This document shows positions 41,885 through 55,559 of a stretch of DNA of 64,000 nucleotides, piece by piece (the stretch's first letter is position 1; each line of letters opens with the position of its first letter). The stretch is from Lama guanicoe (Eukaryota): positions 12,241,119 to 12,305,118 of the forward strand of contig MU056991.1 in NCBI GenBank assembly GCA_013239625.1, in the 5' to 3' direction. The position numbers and the translations under genes were made by a program. Under the pieces are notes generated by a model. The model was given only the letters and a program-made list of their open reading frames with translations, made no database searches and was not told the DNA's origin.

Positions 41885-42627
41885 TAGATATTATTTCTTT
41901 GCCAGGTCCAACAATCATTCCCCTCCTTCCTGGCCCATTTTTTGCCCTGATATTTACTTCTCCCTCACTCTCCCCGCTTAACTCAGGGTCAATCCTGAGG
42001 AGTATAAGCCAGTGGTTCTCAATCTTGGCTACCCATTAGAATCACCTAGTTTGATTTTTAAAAATCCCTATGCCCAGGACACATTCCAGACTAATTAAAG
42101 TGGATGGTGACGGGCTGGGCATCAGGCGTCAGTGGTTTTTAAAGCTCCCCAGACTATTCCACATACACGTGGCACCTGATTGATAACTGGCACGACTGGT
42201 TTAAGCCACATGGTGGTCCCATTCCTCTTGCTGGCACATTGGTTAGGAAGGAGCATGTGGCCCAATTCTGGCCAATGAGACATAAGAGGAAGTTGGCCGA
42301 GGACTTTTGGAAAAGAGGTCCTCACTAATAAGAAGTAGAAGAAGGGCTCCTTCCACTGGGCACTGTGATGTCTGGATGCCTAGACATGCTGTAGCCATCA
42401 GTCACCATGGAAGGAGCTCTCTCGAGGACAAGCTGATGTGCTGAGGAAGGCAGAGTAAGGAGAGAGAAGGGCCCTAAGCCCCTGATAACCTCCCCAAACT
42501 GCACATCCACCAGCCTGAGGCTGCCCTCCTCCAGGGGTCTCATTTCCTGAGGCAATACCTTTTCTTTATTGTTTGAAGTCATTCCAGCGAGGGCAGTCTG
42601 TTACTTCCAAAGATCATAACTGATACA
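41885..42627 (+). mobile_element. MLT1J/K-like LTR interrupted by MER5A
   Basis: gagcatgtggcccaattctggccaatgagacataagaggaagt...gctgtagccatc...tgctgaggaaggcagag...ends ctgataca. Confidence 0.7.
42010..42198. mobile_element. MER5A with 8-bp TSD
   Basis: cagtggttctcaatcttggct...attagaatcacct...tttttaaagctcccca; TSD gtataagc (42002-42009) / gtttaagc (42199-42206). Confidence 0.8.
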
Positions 42628-45391
42628 GCTAAGAATTCTAAATATATAAAGGATTCAATACATAAAGGACTTTAGAAAGATTTTTCTCATTGGAGGGAAA
42701 GCTCAGTGAGTGTGGGGAGTGTGTGTGTGTGTGTTGTGTGTTTCCCTCAAAGGAACAGCAATATGTGAGAAACAGAATATGGAGACAGAGGAAGAGAGGG
42801 GAATTAAAAGCCAAGAACTAAATATAGACAAAAACCCATATACATCACTTGGGAGGAAATTACGCTTTAGAAGAGGGATTAGAATGATCCAGGTAGAAAT
42901 TAAGTAAGAGGAGGTGCTGAATAACTTTGAGAACTTAAAAATGCTGATGATTAATGGAGAAGTAATATGGTTTGCTGAACACAGAGGCCCAGGGGAAGGA
43001 TTAGAATTAAAGAACTAAGATAGTAGAAGAAAGAACCAGTTCCAGGACAAGGGCCGGAGGCAGTGGATGCACAAATAGTTATTAAATACTCACTCTGTGT
43101 TTGCTCATGCAGGTGACACAATAAATCCAAGAACACTTGCAATCAAAGTACAAGATGTGCTCTCAAAAAAAAAATTGGAGGGCACTCTATCCTACACCTA
43201 AGATGCACACAGTAAATATTAGTTGAATCAATTAGGGACAATATGATCAAGAAGAGAAAGGCAAGTCAGCAGAGTGGCTGGGGTGATTCTGGAAAGGACT
43301 GTGGAATATAGGAGCTGGGTCTTCAAATTTACAGAGAATTTATTTGGGCATAGCAAATGTGAAGAGACTTAATGACAGCATGATGGGTGAATTCTCAGTC
43401 ACAGATGCCTGGCAGTTCCTTCAGGCAAAATCATTCCTATTATTATGATTCAGAGACAAGCACGTTATCGACGTGGTAGAATTTGATGCATGACTAATTG
43501 TTTTTAATTTGAAAAATAAAAAGTATTTCATTCAAACAGAAAAATGTATGAAAAAGCTTGAAAGTGACTAATATAATCTTTGTGCCACTCTTTTCAATGC
43601 TAGCAGTTTTTATATTTTTAAGTTAATAAACAGGCTCCGTGCAGGTTAACTGGAAGCACCTTTGTGAAGCTTGGTGCTCATGTCGCTGAGAAATTGAAGC
43701 TCTCACAGTCACTCTGTGGTGAGGAGCATAAGCTGGCCTGGCTGCCACTTGCTAGCTTTGTGATTCTGAAAAGTTTCTTAAACTCTTGGAACATCAGTAA
43801 AATGAGGATAATAATGCGCCTCTCTCAATAGGTTGTGAGAATTAACACAGAAATATGCCGGTAGCGTTACCCAGTGACTGGTATGTAGTGGGTATTCTTA
43901 AAAGGTAACTACCAGTTATTATATAAGTGCAAAATAACAATTATCACAAGTGTACAAAATAGTATATGGAAGGCCTAAAATCAAGTAGGCCAGAAAAAAG
44001 AAAAAAATAACCAATAATTACCAAATAATAATCAAATAACCAAAGCTAGCTACTGTGGACATTTTGGTATATTTCTTTCCAGGTTTTTTCTGTATAAAAT
44101 GTTTTGGTTGTAACCCTACTATATGTACAATTTTGTATCCTATTTTTCTGGGAGGAATTTCTTAAAAACTACCACCTTCAAATCCATCTACAATATATTT
44201 TGAAGTCTATCCATGTAGTCTTCTGAGCTCTTTGTTTTTTATAACACTTTTGGTTTTGCAGGACTGCCCATCTAGTCGGACTCTGAAGTGTCAGTCTGCC
44301 CCAGGCAGTGGTACTCCTCACCCTGTTCTGTGACTCTTGAGGGCAGAGGGCACCATCTGATTCAACTTTGCACTCTCCGCTCGAAGCAAGTAAGTGCTTG
44401 ACATCAGGGCAGGACTGAGGACACGCTGGCTGAATGAATGAATGAGTAAATGAGTTAACAGGGGTGTAGGTCGCTTGAAGCTCATTTAAAGATTAAGTAG
44501 ACCATTTTAAGATCAGCCAGCTTTATTCTGAATTGGATATTCCCCCTCCTTCTCTCTCTCTCTCTCTCTTCTGTTGCTTACACACATGTGACAAAACAGA
44601 ATCATAGCTAGATTGTGACACTCATTTTTATACTACCTGAGCCAAAAATGGACATTTGGGGTGGTACACAGATGCACATGAACGATCAGAAGGCCTGATC
44701 TGACATCCTAGGCCAGCACTTACGAGCCATGCCATTTCACACCTCCTCCCTTAGCCTGGAGCACTTCTGACATACATTTACTAAAGTATCCTTTGAAGCT
44801 GAGCTCAGGTATCATCCTCTCTGCAGTCCTTTGCTGACCCCAAATATTCCCCCCTACCCTGCAGTGCACCCACTGCTTCCTGTGTTTATCACATTCTGCC
44901 TGTTTCTGTCTCCCTCAGCAGACTGAAAACCTCTAGCAGGCAGGGACTGTTCTGTTCTTAGTACCTTGTAATAGGGAGATGCTCAATAAATGTTCCATGA
45001 ATGAAAGTGGATGTCATTTTGGGCAAGTTACTAAAACTTTCACTTTTATCTATAAAGTGGTGATAATAATAAGATGATGGATGCAATTGTACTTAAAGTA
45101 AATGTTCAACTTGAGAGCTTCTGTTACATTGTACCAGCATCATCAAATTACTATCTTTGCCTCAGTTGTGTTTATTCAGGGGGCAAGAGTATCATGTCGT
45201 TACATATGAGACAATACAGGAGTCTTGTACAGTGAGTAAGCAATCAGCCACCACTTATAGCATGTTTAAGCCAGGCACTGTGTGAGATGCCTTAAGTATC
45301 TTACTTTTCTGCTTTTATTGCAATCCAGTAAGGTGGGTTAAATTGTAACCATCATTTAGCGAGAAGAAATTAGTCACTTGTCCAAGAAGAC

Positions 45392-45685
45392 TGTGGTGGG
45401 CTGTTATATTCATGGCCCCCAGTGAACCATGCCTCCCAGTGAGTACTCCCTTCATGTTATGTCTGAGCTGACTCATAGCTCACTTTAACCAAGAGAACAT
45501 TACAGATGGGATGCTGGGTCAGTTCTGGGCCTGAGCCTCCAGACACCAGGTAGCTTCTGCCTTTGTTTTCTTGGAAGCCCTGTGGCACCATGTAAGAAAT
45601 CTGGCTAGTCTCCTGGAGAGGCTGGGTGAGGCAGTCACCTGGAGGAGAAGAGGACCTATGCCTCCATGGAGAAAGAGAGAAGGGT
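45392..45685 (+). mobile_element. MLT1G/H-like LTR 5' fragment
   Basis: tgtggtggg...atggcccccagtgaaccatgcctccc...cagttctgggcctgagcct...caccatgtaagaaatctggcta. Confidence 0.55.
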
Positions 45686-46595
45686 TCTCGTAATTTGATG
45701 TTCAAATGTATTACAATAATTCTACTTAATTCCACCAGGAATTTCCACTTAAAAGCATGGGTTCTGAATTACCAAGGAACCCAGATGGAAGATCATCATT
45801 TTACTATATCAATAAACTGAGACTGTCCAGCTTACCTGCTAATTTGAAAGCAGGTGTATATATCTACGTTGGGCACAGTGAATAATGGATATGGGTCAGT
45901 ATTTATTCAAGGATGAATATGATTGCCCCAAAACAAAATAGAGATCTGACACATTTTGGAAAAGGTAGTCTCAAAGAAAATAAAGTATGTTTACTTGAGT
46001 TGTCTGTTTTGTATGATTCAGTAATTGAGTGTTTAGAAAATATAAGTACTAAAGAGCCAAAGGAAGGAAGGCCAACACCTACAGGGCATGTTAGTAGATG
46101 AAATGGTTTGACATTTTAATTATTGAGAAGGATATCTGTTTCCAGCCATGACAGAGTAAGAGGTACCGTACATGCTCTCCTGCTGTAAGGAAACTGGGAA
46201 AAACATGAAACAAGTGTTCTTAGACATTGTACAACACAAAACTGTGCTTCTCGAGAAGAGAAAGGAATGAAATGAGCACAAGGATCACCTGGGCTTTCTG
46301 CCTGGAGATACTCTGCAGACTGCTGGGGTGGAAAAGAGAGTTTCACTGAGTTGAAGGACAGAGATCGGTTTCAGAAGGCTAAGATGGCTGGAATTTGCAA
46401 GGCAGAATGACAGAGAGAAAGGAACCCAAAGGAAGAGCCCAAGAAATCTGCATAGGGATCCCTTTGAGTCTTATGCGGGAAACTAAGCTGTGTATATCCA
46501 ACATGAAACTCTACAGAGTCAGGCAAAAAATAAATGAGGAAATGTAAGTTGGACAATTACCAGAGCTTACATTGTGCTGTGAAATGTTTGAGGTC

Positions 46596-46936
46596 TGTCT
46601 TAATCCACTCAAGCTGCTAGCTTATGAACAACAAACATTTATTTTTCGCAATTCTAGAATATGGGATGTCCAAGATCAAGGTGCCAGCAAATTTGGTATT
46701 TGGGAAAGCCTGCTTCCTGGTTCATAAATAGCTGTCTTCCCTCTGTATCTTCACATGGCAGAAGGGACAAAGGAGGTCTCTGGGGTCTCTTTAATAAGGG
46801 CACTAATCCCATTGATAAGGGCTCCACCCTCATGAATGTAGCACTTCCCAAAAGTCCTACCTCCAAATAACATCACATGAGGGATTCAGTTTCAACATTT
46901 GAATTTGGGGGAGAAGCAAACATTCAGCTTATGGCA
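46596..46936 (-). mobile_element. MLT1A-like solo LTR nested in L1, 5-bp TSD
   Basis: TG...CA ends; tccaagatcaaggtgccagca, cttcacatggcagaaggg, taagggcactaatccca, gggctccaccctcatga; TSD aggtc/agttc. Confidence 0.85.
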
Positions 46937-47044
46937 AGTTCCAACCAATCAGAGGGAAGAGTCCTGATTAAACACCCAGGATATTCAATAGAGATCCCAG
47001 AAAGGTCATACCTTAAGAGTAGAGCTAAAATAGTCCTAGAGAAG

Positions 47045-47168
47045 TCATTTTCATCCAGAAGGAATTTTGCTCCCCAGTGAATGTTTTGCAATATCTGGAG
47101 AAAATTTTTGTTATCATGACTAGGAAGATTCTACTGGTATCTAGAAGGTAGAAGCCAGGGATGCTGCA
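47045..47168. mobile_element. MER20 fragment nested in L1
   Basis: attttgctccccag...gcaatatctggaga...ctactggtatctagaaggtagaagccagggatgctgc. Confidence 0.65.
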
Positions 47169-48422
47169 GACAAGAAGAAAAAAAAGACACATTACCTATA
47201 GAAGAACAAGAAGTTTTCATCAGAAAACAATGCAAGCCAGAAAGAAAAAGAATGCCATCTTCAAAGTGCTGGAAGGAAAAAAGTTACCAGTCTAATGAAA
47301 TAAAGATATTTTCAGATAAGCAAAAGCTGAGAGGGTTTTTCAGCAGAACTGCATTATAAGAAATATTTTAAAAAGAGTTCCTCAGGTTGAAGGAAAATGA
47401 TACCAAACAGAAAAATCAGAGCTGCACAAAGAAATTAAGAGTGCCCGAAACGGTAAATAGATCGTACATATCAACTACTTTTAAAAAATCTTTAAAAGAC
47501 AATTGATCATTTAGAGAAAAGTGAAAATATGTTCTGGGCTTCATAACATATATGGAAATAAAATATATTAAAACAGCAGCACAAAGGTTGTGAGGGGAAA
47601 AAGGAGGTATACTAGTAAAAGTTATATATGAAGACGGATAACAATAGATAACAATACTTAAAGATAAGTGGTAAATTAAAGTTTCATGTTGTAAACCCTA
47701 GCATGAACATTAAAAAAAGAAGAAAAAGAAGTAACAAGGAGGTATAGCTAATAAGTCAATAAAGAAGAAAAAAAATGGATTCCTGAAAAATACTCAATAA
47801 AAGAAGACAACAAAAAAAAGAAAACAAAAATGAAGAATAAATGAAGTGAACAAAAAACAACCAGCAAGTGGCAGACTAAAATTCAACCACACAGATGATT
47901 ACATTAATACAAATAATGTAAACATTTCAACTAAAGGCAGAGATTGTCAGATGGATTAAAAGAGCAAGACCAAACTATATACTGTCTAAATATATGTAAA
48001 CTTTGAATATAAAGACACAGACTGAGGATAAAGGAATGAAAAAAAAGACAGACTATGCAAATACTAATCATAAGCAATCTAAATATCAGACAAAGTAAAC
48101 TTCAGAATAAGGAATACTACCAGAGATTAAAAAACATTTCATAGTGATAAAGAGGAAATTCATCAAGAAGATAAGAATTCTAAGTACATAATTCCTTATA
48201 AATGGGGTTCAAAATACAAGAAGTGAAAAAGTGACACAACTGAAAGGAGAAATAAACAAATCCACAATTACAGCTGCAAATTTCAATAATTCTCTCTCAG
48301 TAATGAACAGAACAAATACAGAGAAAAATTAATAGGCATAGATTTGAACATTATCAATCAACCTGACCTAATGGATATTATAGAACATTTCACCTAACAG
48401 TTGCAGAATGCACATTCTTTTC

Positions 48423-48606
48423 TTTTTAAAAAAGATATTTTATTATTTTTGTGGGGTTTTTTTCGTTTTGTTTTTGTTTTTGGGAGGGGATAATTAGGTT
48501 TATTTATTTAATTAGTTATTTTAATGGAAGTACTGGGAATTGAACCCAGGACCTCATGAATACTAAGCATATTGTACTGTAAACACTGAGCTATACCCTC
48601 CCCTCT
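48423..48606 (-). mobile_element. vic-1-like SINE inserted into L1 ORF2, 11-bp TSD
   Basis: tRNA-Ala-like head plus taaataaacctaatta tail on the - strand; TSD acattcttttc at 48412-48422 and 48607-48617. Confidence 0.85.
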
Positions 48607-50189
48607 ACATTCTTTTCAAGTGCAAATGTAACATTCACCAAGATAGTCCATATTCTGGGCATAAAATAAATCTCACATTTAAGAGGACTGGAGCAACTTA
48701 GAGTATGTTCTTTGACCACAAAAGAATCTAGAAATCAGTATCACTACACACCTGTCAGAATGGCAATAACAGCAATAGCAACAACAAAGCAAAAAGCTGA
48801 CAATACCGAATGCTGACAAGGCTGCAGAGCAACTGGAACCCGCATACACAGCTGGAAGGAATGTCAAATGGCACAATCACTTTGGAAAACTATTTGGCAG
48901 TTTCTTATAAAGTTAAGTGTACACCTACCATATGACCCAGACACTCCACTCCTAGGTATTTACCCGAGAGAAATGAAAACCCAAGACCGCAAAAAGGCTT
49001 GTACACACATATTCATGGCAGCTTTATTCATAATACCCCTAAGCTGGAAACAACCCAAATGTGCATCTACAGACAAACAAATAAGCAAACTGTGGTACAT
49101 CCAGATGATGGAATACTACTCAGCAATAAAAAGGAGCAAAATACCAATACATGCAACAACATGGATGAATTTCAACAACAGTATTGCTGAGCTAAGGAAT
49201 CTGGGCCCCCAAAACTCTTTTACACACACATACACATACACACATATATATACTCATATCTTTTTCTGTAAAATTCTGGAACAGGTAAATCAACTATACA
49301 GTGACAGAAAGCAGATCAGTGATTGCCTAGCACTGGGAGGGAGTGGGATTGACTACAAAGGAGTAAGGGGAACTTTTGGGGGTGGAAATGTCGTGTATCT
49401 TAATTTTAGTGATTATACACAGATGTCAAAATTCATCAAATTGTACACTTAAAATAGGTACATTTTATCATATATAACCTTTACTTTCAATAAAGTTGAT
49501 TTTAAAAGAAAAAATGGTCAAGATGTTATATGCTTAAGATGTGCACTGTACTAAGTGTATGTTATGCTTCAATTTAAAAAAAAATCTTAAAATTGGTTGT
49601 AGTGAAAATTGTTTGCAGACATTAAGTTAAAGACCAACATTCATCCATGATCCCACCCCCACCAAATATATTAAGCTGTTTTCATTTTCCTTCTTTGCTT
49701 CCAATGCTTTGCACATATGCAGTTTAGTTTAACTACAGCATAGAAATATAGGTTAGTGAGGCCTTGAGTTGCACATGACCCCAGGGTGGGAGTGCAGCCA
49801 GGACCTGGATAGGAGAGAAATGAAACAAGGCCAGGCGACGCTACTGGGGCTCCCTCTCCTCTCTTGGGGCCTCCTGTGAGTCCACCAATTTCTTTTCTCT
49901 GTGGACTGGCTTTTTCTAGCCATGAGGCAGAAAACAGGCAGAGGAAAGGACAGCCATTTGGAAAGTGACTAATTCCATTCTTCTGAATCCCATTCCATAA
50001 TACCTACAATCGCTGATTCAGTTTCCCATCCTTGAACCTGTGGCAAGGTGTGAGAAAGGAAATCTTGGATAGGAGTTACCCTTAAGCCAATCACCTATGA
50101 CCTGCCAGTCCTGGAGGAGACACATTTTAAATCCCACTGTGTTTGCTTGGTTCTTGCTGTCCAACACAGCCCTGGGACCTTCTGCTGCA

Positions 50190-50758
<569 letters not shown>

Positions 50759-50999
50759 GCAGATGTACCAAGAAGTCCAAAATTGACTCATGGTGGGGCT
50801 CTCTTAGAGTGAGCTGATCATGTAGGCACATTGTAGCTCCATAACCAGCCCTAATCATTCAAATCCCCGAGGCTCCACCCAAGAAACAATTATTAAACAA
50901 TACTGACGAGCTGGTCTATCCTGCACACCAAACAATCCACAAACCAGTGGTCACAGAACATCATTTTTTATGTTCTATCGTGTTGCCAAGGGTCAGCAT

Positions 51000-51285
51000 C
51001 ATGCTCCAGGCAGCTCTGTGGGTAAGCATGCAGCCAATCCAGACCATGCCATGCAGGAGCCCCAGAGCAAAGATCACCCATTAGGGGAGGCCATGTCCAG
51101 GGCAAATGGCCCAGCTCTGGCAGCTCTGCCATACTCAGTTATTGACTAGGAGCAGCAGTCTCGGGGGAGCATGGCATCAGCGTAAATGCTGAGCAGATGT
51201 TAGGGTGCAGCAGTTGGGGGCTGTCAACCAACTACACTCCTTCGAGCTGGAGATCAGAGAGGCGAATACCTCCATAGCTACTAAA
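51000..51285. mobile_element. Ancient ERVL-class LTR fragment
   Basis: cagagcaaagatcacccattagggg...ctcagttattgactagg...tgcagcagttgggggctgtcaaccaactacactcc resembles LTR33/LTR40-like consensus; subfamily uncertain. Confidence 0.5.
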
Positions 51286-52769
51286 ACCCACTCGGAAAGT
51301 TTTTAAAAGCTCCCTCTGACTGTCGTGTGACTCCTTTTTATCTCTCTAGCTTTTCCTCTTGCTGTATCTTAAACTCTCCAGCCATCCTGAACTACTTAAA
51401 GTTCCTGGAATAAAAGTCATTTACTTTCTCATCTCTGGGTCTTTGTACATGACCCTCTGCCAATAATAATACTGCTTCCTTCTTCCACTTCCTTTCCCTA
51501 ACTTCTCATTCTTCAGATCTCAGTTTAGAGATCATTTCCCTGAGAAAACTTTCCTGCTCCCCTGCTACCCCTGCCTCCTGCTCTATGCTCCTATAGCATC
51601 CTGTCCTCAATCCCATAGTAGCACTCATCACACTACTGTAACTGCCTATAGACTTTGTCTGTGTCTTCCATTCACAGACCATAGTCTGTAAGAATAGGCG
51701 CTATGTCACACTGAATATTGCCTAGTGCGTGCCACACAGTAGGTAGTTAATAAATGTTTGCTGATCAACTACTGGATAACTGCACCCTATTGAGTTGCTT
51801 GGGGTTAAGAATAGAAAGTAAGATTAATGATTATTCAACTCTTAATGTTTCCTTATATCCCATGGACACATACATGTCCTGAAGGGATAATCTTTCTGGG
51901 TTAGACCACAAATCTACCGCGTTAAGCCATCTTTCTGCTTTGGGCAACTCTGATAACAAGGTGCTCCTTCCTGGGTAGTCTGGTCTTATGTGCTTCCTGG
52001 GGTTGATCTCCCCAGTTCATTTAGGAGATTCTGGACAATGACTGTGTTCATTTGTGTGGGGAGTACTTCTTCCTTCTTTCCCTCTCATGGGATGATCTAT
52101 CATAACTTTTTCATAGCTTGTTATGAAAGATACCGGGTGAAAAAGGTTGTTATTACTCCTTCAAGGAAGTGAAGTTCTTCCTTAGCCTTGGCTCTATTTT
52201 GCAGACTGAAAGACAAAGAGACCTCCATAAATAACCTTGGATACACCACTAAATTTTGCCAAGCATGTCTTTAGAAGCAGTTTCTCAGAGATGCAACTAA
52301 CAACGTTTAGTTCCTTCTGGGTACAAGTCAGGGGAAAAGGATGTAGGAAAGAGAGGCAGGGAGCTGGTGTTTATGTGCTGGGATGTGGGCCAGGTGTTTT
52401 ACCTAAGTGATCTCACTTAATTCTCACTACAGTCCTAGGAAACATGTTTAATGATCCCCTGTTCTCTCTCTTTTCTTTCTTTCTTATTTTTTTAACCAAA
52501 TAATACTTTTACCTGGGTCTCAAGAGAAACTGGTATTTGACGACCCTTCTAGGAGTCATTATAAAGAAACAGGCTTTGTCAAGAATTCAGTTTGTGTCTT
52601 CCTATAGCCACTTGGGTCCAACAGGAGAAGCAGCTTCTCTTTCCAGCATAGTTTGCAGAAACTTAAGTAGAATGTTTGACAGATAAGACCAAGTGGAAAG
52701 GAAAGCAGTTTGCTATTGGTCTTTTCTTTGCAGCTATCATTTAAAATTGCCCAGCAGGGGACTAGTAGA

Positions 52770-52910
52770 GGGGAGAGGGTATAGGTCAATGGTAGAGTGC
52801 TTGCTTAGAATGCACAAGGTCATGGGTTCAATCCCCCAGTACTTCCATTAAAATAAATAAGTAAACCAAATTACCTCCTCCTCCACTCAAAATGTAAAAA
52901 AAAAAAAAAA
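52770..52910 (+). mobile_element. vic-1-like tRNA-Ala SINE
   Basis: ggggagagggtataggtcaatggtagagtgcttgcttagaatgcacaaggtcatgggttcaatcccccagtacttccattaaaataaataagtaaaccaaattacctcc plus poly-A. Confidence 0.85.
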
Positions 52911-53034
52911 TTTAGTTGCCCATGAGAGTGCAGTTGACTTTAGATCTTCATTAAGTGATTTAAAAAAGGATTCTATAAAAAGTAACTACCAAATATTTTA
53001 CATTGAGACAAAACCCAAAAAGTCCAAAAATAAG

Positions 53035-54190
53035 ATTTTTCTTGTAACAGCTTTATTGAGATATATTCCACATATTATATAATTCACTTATTTAAGCATA
53101 CAATTCAGTGGTTTTAATATATGCACAGAATTGTGCAGTCATCATTACAATCAGTCAATTTTAGAACATTTTCCTCACTCCAGAAAGAAACCCTGTATCA
53201 GTTAGCAGTCACCCCCAATCTTACAGTCTCAATCCCCACACTGCGCNNNNNNNNNNNNNNNNNNNNNNNNNNNNNNNNNNNNNNNNNNNNNNNNNNNNNN
53301 NNNNNNNNNNNNNNNNNNNNNNNNNNNNNNNNNNNNNNNNNNNNNNNNNNNNNNNNNNNNNNNNNNNNNNNNNNNNNNNNNNNNNNNNNNNNNNNNNNNN
53401 NNNNNNNNNNNNNNNNNNNNNNNNNNNNNNNNNNNNNNNNNNNNNNNNNNNNNNNNNNNNNNNNNNNNNNNNNNNNNAAATAATCACTTTTATTATGAAA
53501 GTAATAAAACTCTAACTGTAGAAAAGTGATAAATAAGATATAAAGAAAATAAAAATCACCCATTATCCTACCACCCAGAGACAGCCACCGTTGGTATCTC
53601 TCCTCCTGGATTTTAGTCTATGCACATATACTTGTAAATGAGATCACGTTATGTGTAGTGTTTGTGCAACATGTATTTTTTATAGTGGTAAAATATATAT
53701 GATGTAAAATTTACCATTTTAACTATTTTAAGTGTCCAATTCAGTGGCATTATATATGTTCGCACGGCTGCACAAACATCACCACCATCCATCTCGAAAC
53801 TTTATCTTTCCAAACTGAAACTCCATATACATTAAACAGTAACTCCCGATTTCCCNNNNNNNNNNNNNNNNNNNNNNNNNNNNNNNNNNNNNNNNNNNNN
53901 NNNNNNNNNNNNNNNNNNNNNNNNNNNNNNNNNNNNNNNNNNNNNNNNNNNNNNNNNNNNNNNNNNNNNNNNNNNNNNNNNNNNNNNNNNNNNNNNNNNN
54001 NNNNNNGTGAGAATTTCCTTTCTATTTAAGGCCGATGACTAACATTCCATTGTATGTATATTCCACATTTTGTTTGTCCATCACTGATGGACACCTGGGT
54101 TGCTTCCACCTCTTGACTAATGTGAATAATGTGTCTATGAACATGGGTATATGTCTTCAAGACCTTGCCTTCAATTAGTTTGGCTATATA
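53035..54190 (-). mobile_element. L1MA/MB 3'-UTR fragments broken by N-gaps 53247-53477 and 53856-54006
   Basis: cagctttattgagatatattc...caattcagtggtttt; aaaatttaccattttaac...caccaccatccatc; gatggacacctgggttgcttccacc. Confidence 0.75.
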
Positions 54191-54215
54191 CTGCTGTTTA
54201 AACAGTAGATCTGCT

Positions 54216-54216
<1 letters not shown>

Positions 54217-54252
<36 letters not shown>
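54217..54252. repeat. (TG)n microsatellite
   Basis: Perfect TG run of about 18 units. Confidence 0.9.
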
Positions 54253-54256
<4 letters not shown>

Positions 54257-55559
54257 ACCACCTTAAAATTAAACCTGGTTTGCCTTGGTCTAATGGCACC
54301 TTGACCATAAGTTACATTCACAAGACGTTTACTTCTCCCGCTCCCCTAACTTACCTCTCGATTGTTTATTTCTAGTCTTTCATTCTCAGAGGGTTGACCT
54401 TTCTTGAACTCATCTCTGAATTGATAGTGACCGCCTCCCAGGTGCTGACAACAGGGATCAATTGTTTTTCATCTTCTTAGAAGGTATATCAGAATGTGAT
54501 TAAAAGGCACAAGAGGGGTTAAGTTAGCTATGAAGGAAGGATTACTTTGTAAAATTGAATTTTTCACCACTGCTTCACACCTTGCTCCACCTCCTACTTC
54601 AGCAAGGGGCAGCATCCAGTTACCCAAGGCACAAAATTGGCATCCAATGATACTCCCTATTCCAAAGTGGTGGGGGCAATAACTCACAATTGAGCCAAAA
54701 GGTGTTCTAGGAACTAATATAAGGTCTTTATCAAATCATTTATCCTCCAAACAACCCTCTTATTATTTGCATTTTATACATGAGAAACTGAGGCAAAGAG
54801 AATTAAGACATAAACTTGCCCGAGATTATACAAGTAGTAGCTAGAATCCCAAACAGGACTTCGGGCTTCAAAGTCCCCACTCTAAACCTCTGGGGTGGCT
54901 GGTGCACATCTGTCTCGCCTCCTCTACAAGCTTCCTCCTGACTGGTTTCCAATCCATTTCCCGTATTTTTGTTCTACAACTCAAATGGAAACATGCCATC
55001 CCTATAGTTTAAAACTCGACCTCTCCATTGCTCCGGTGCTCTTAACAAGTCCAGCTTCTTAGCCTTCCCTGACCTCTGTGTTGTCCTCTCATGCCAGTCT
55101 ACCACCTTTTAACTTTTTAGTTCCTGGAATTCACCCTTGTTGTATTCTTATTGCTTAATTATCCTATTCCACCACCTCAATCCCACCCAACCCCCGCCTG
55201 GAGAAAAAGGACTGGAACCAATAACATTTGTTAGCTGAACTGTTGAAAAGCAACAGTGGTTTATTCCTGGACAGTGTTATAGACAGGAATTGTGAAATCT
55301 TTATCCGGGCTTCTTTCAAAACTGGATGAATTCTCATTCGGTGTTCTTATAACATTTCGATCAGAGTGCTTCACCATCTTGTAGTGCCACTGTTGACTTT
55401 TGTCTGTATCCTCACCAAGCCTCCTGTTTCTGATTCTGTAATTCTCTGCCTGCTCACTATGTGATCTAGTGTGGTGAAAGAGCTGTGCAAAACAGTTCTT
55501 TCGCTGCCGACCTAAATGACTAACTTCATGACCTCTCAAGGTCTCGCCTCCAAGCTCCA

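Larger units (their letters stand above)
46120..49590 (+). mobile_element. Old, internally deleted L1M element (5' region, ORF1/ORF2 remnants, 3' UTR) with nested insertions
   Basis: A-rich ORF1 and endonuclease remnants at 47170-48730; ORF2 C-terminus SLWKTIWQFLIKLSVHLPYDPDTPLLGIYPREMKT at 48868; 3' UTR ending caataaagttgattttaaaa. Confidence 0.85.

Noticed and set aside
48868-49452. 194-aa ORF
   Set aside because: L1 ORF2 C-terminal remnant reading into the L1 3' UTR; not a host gene.
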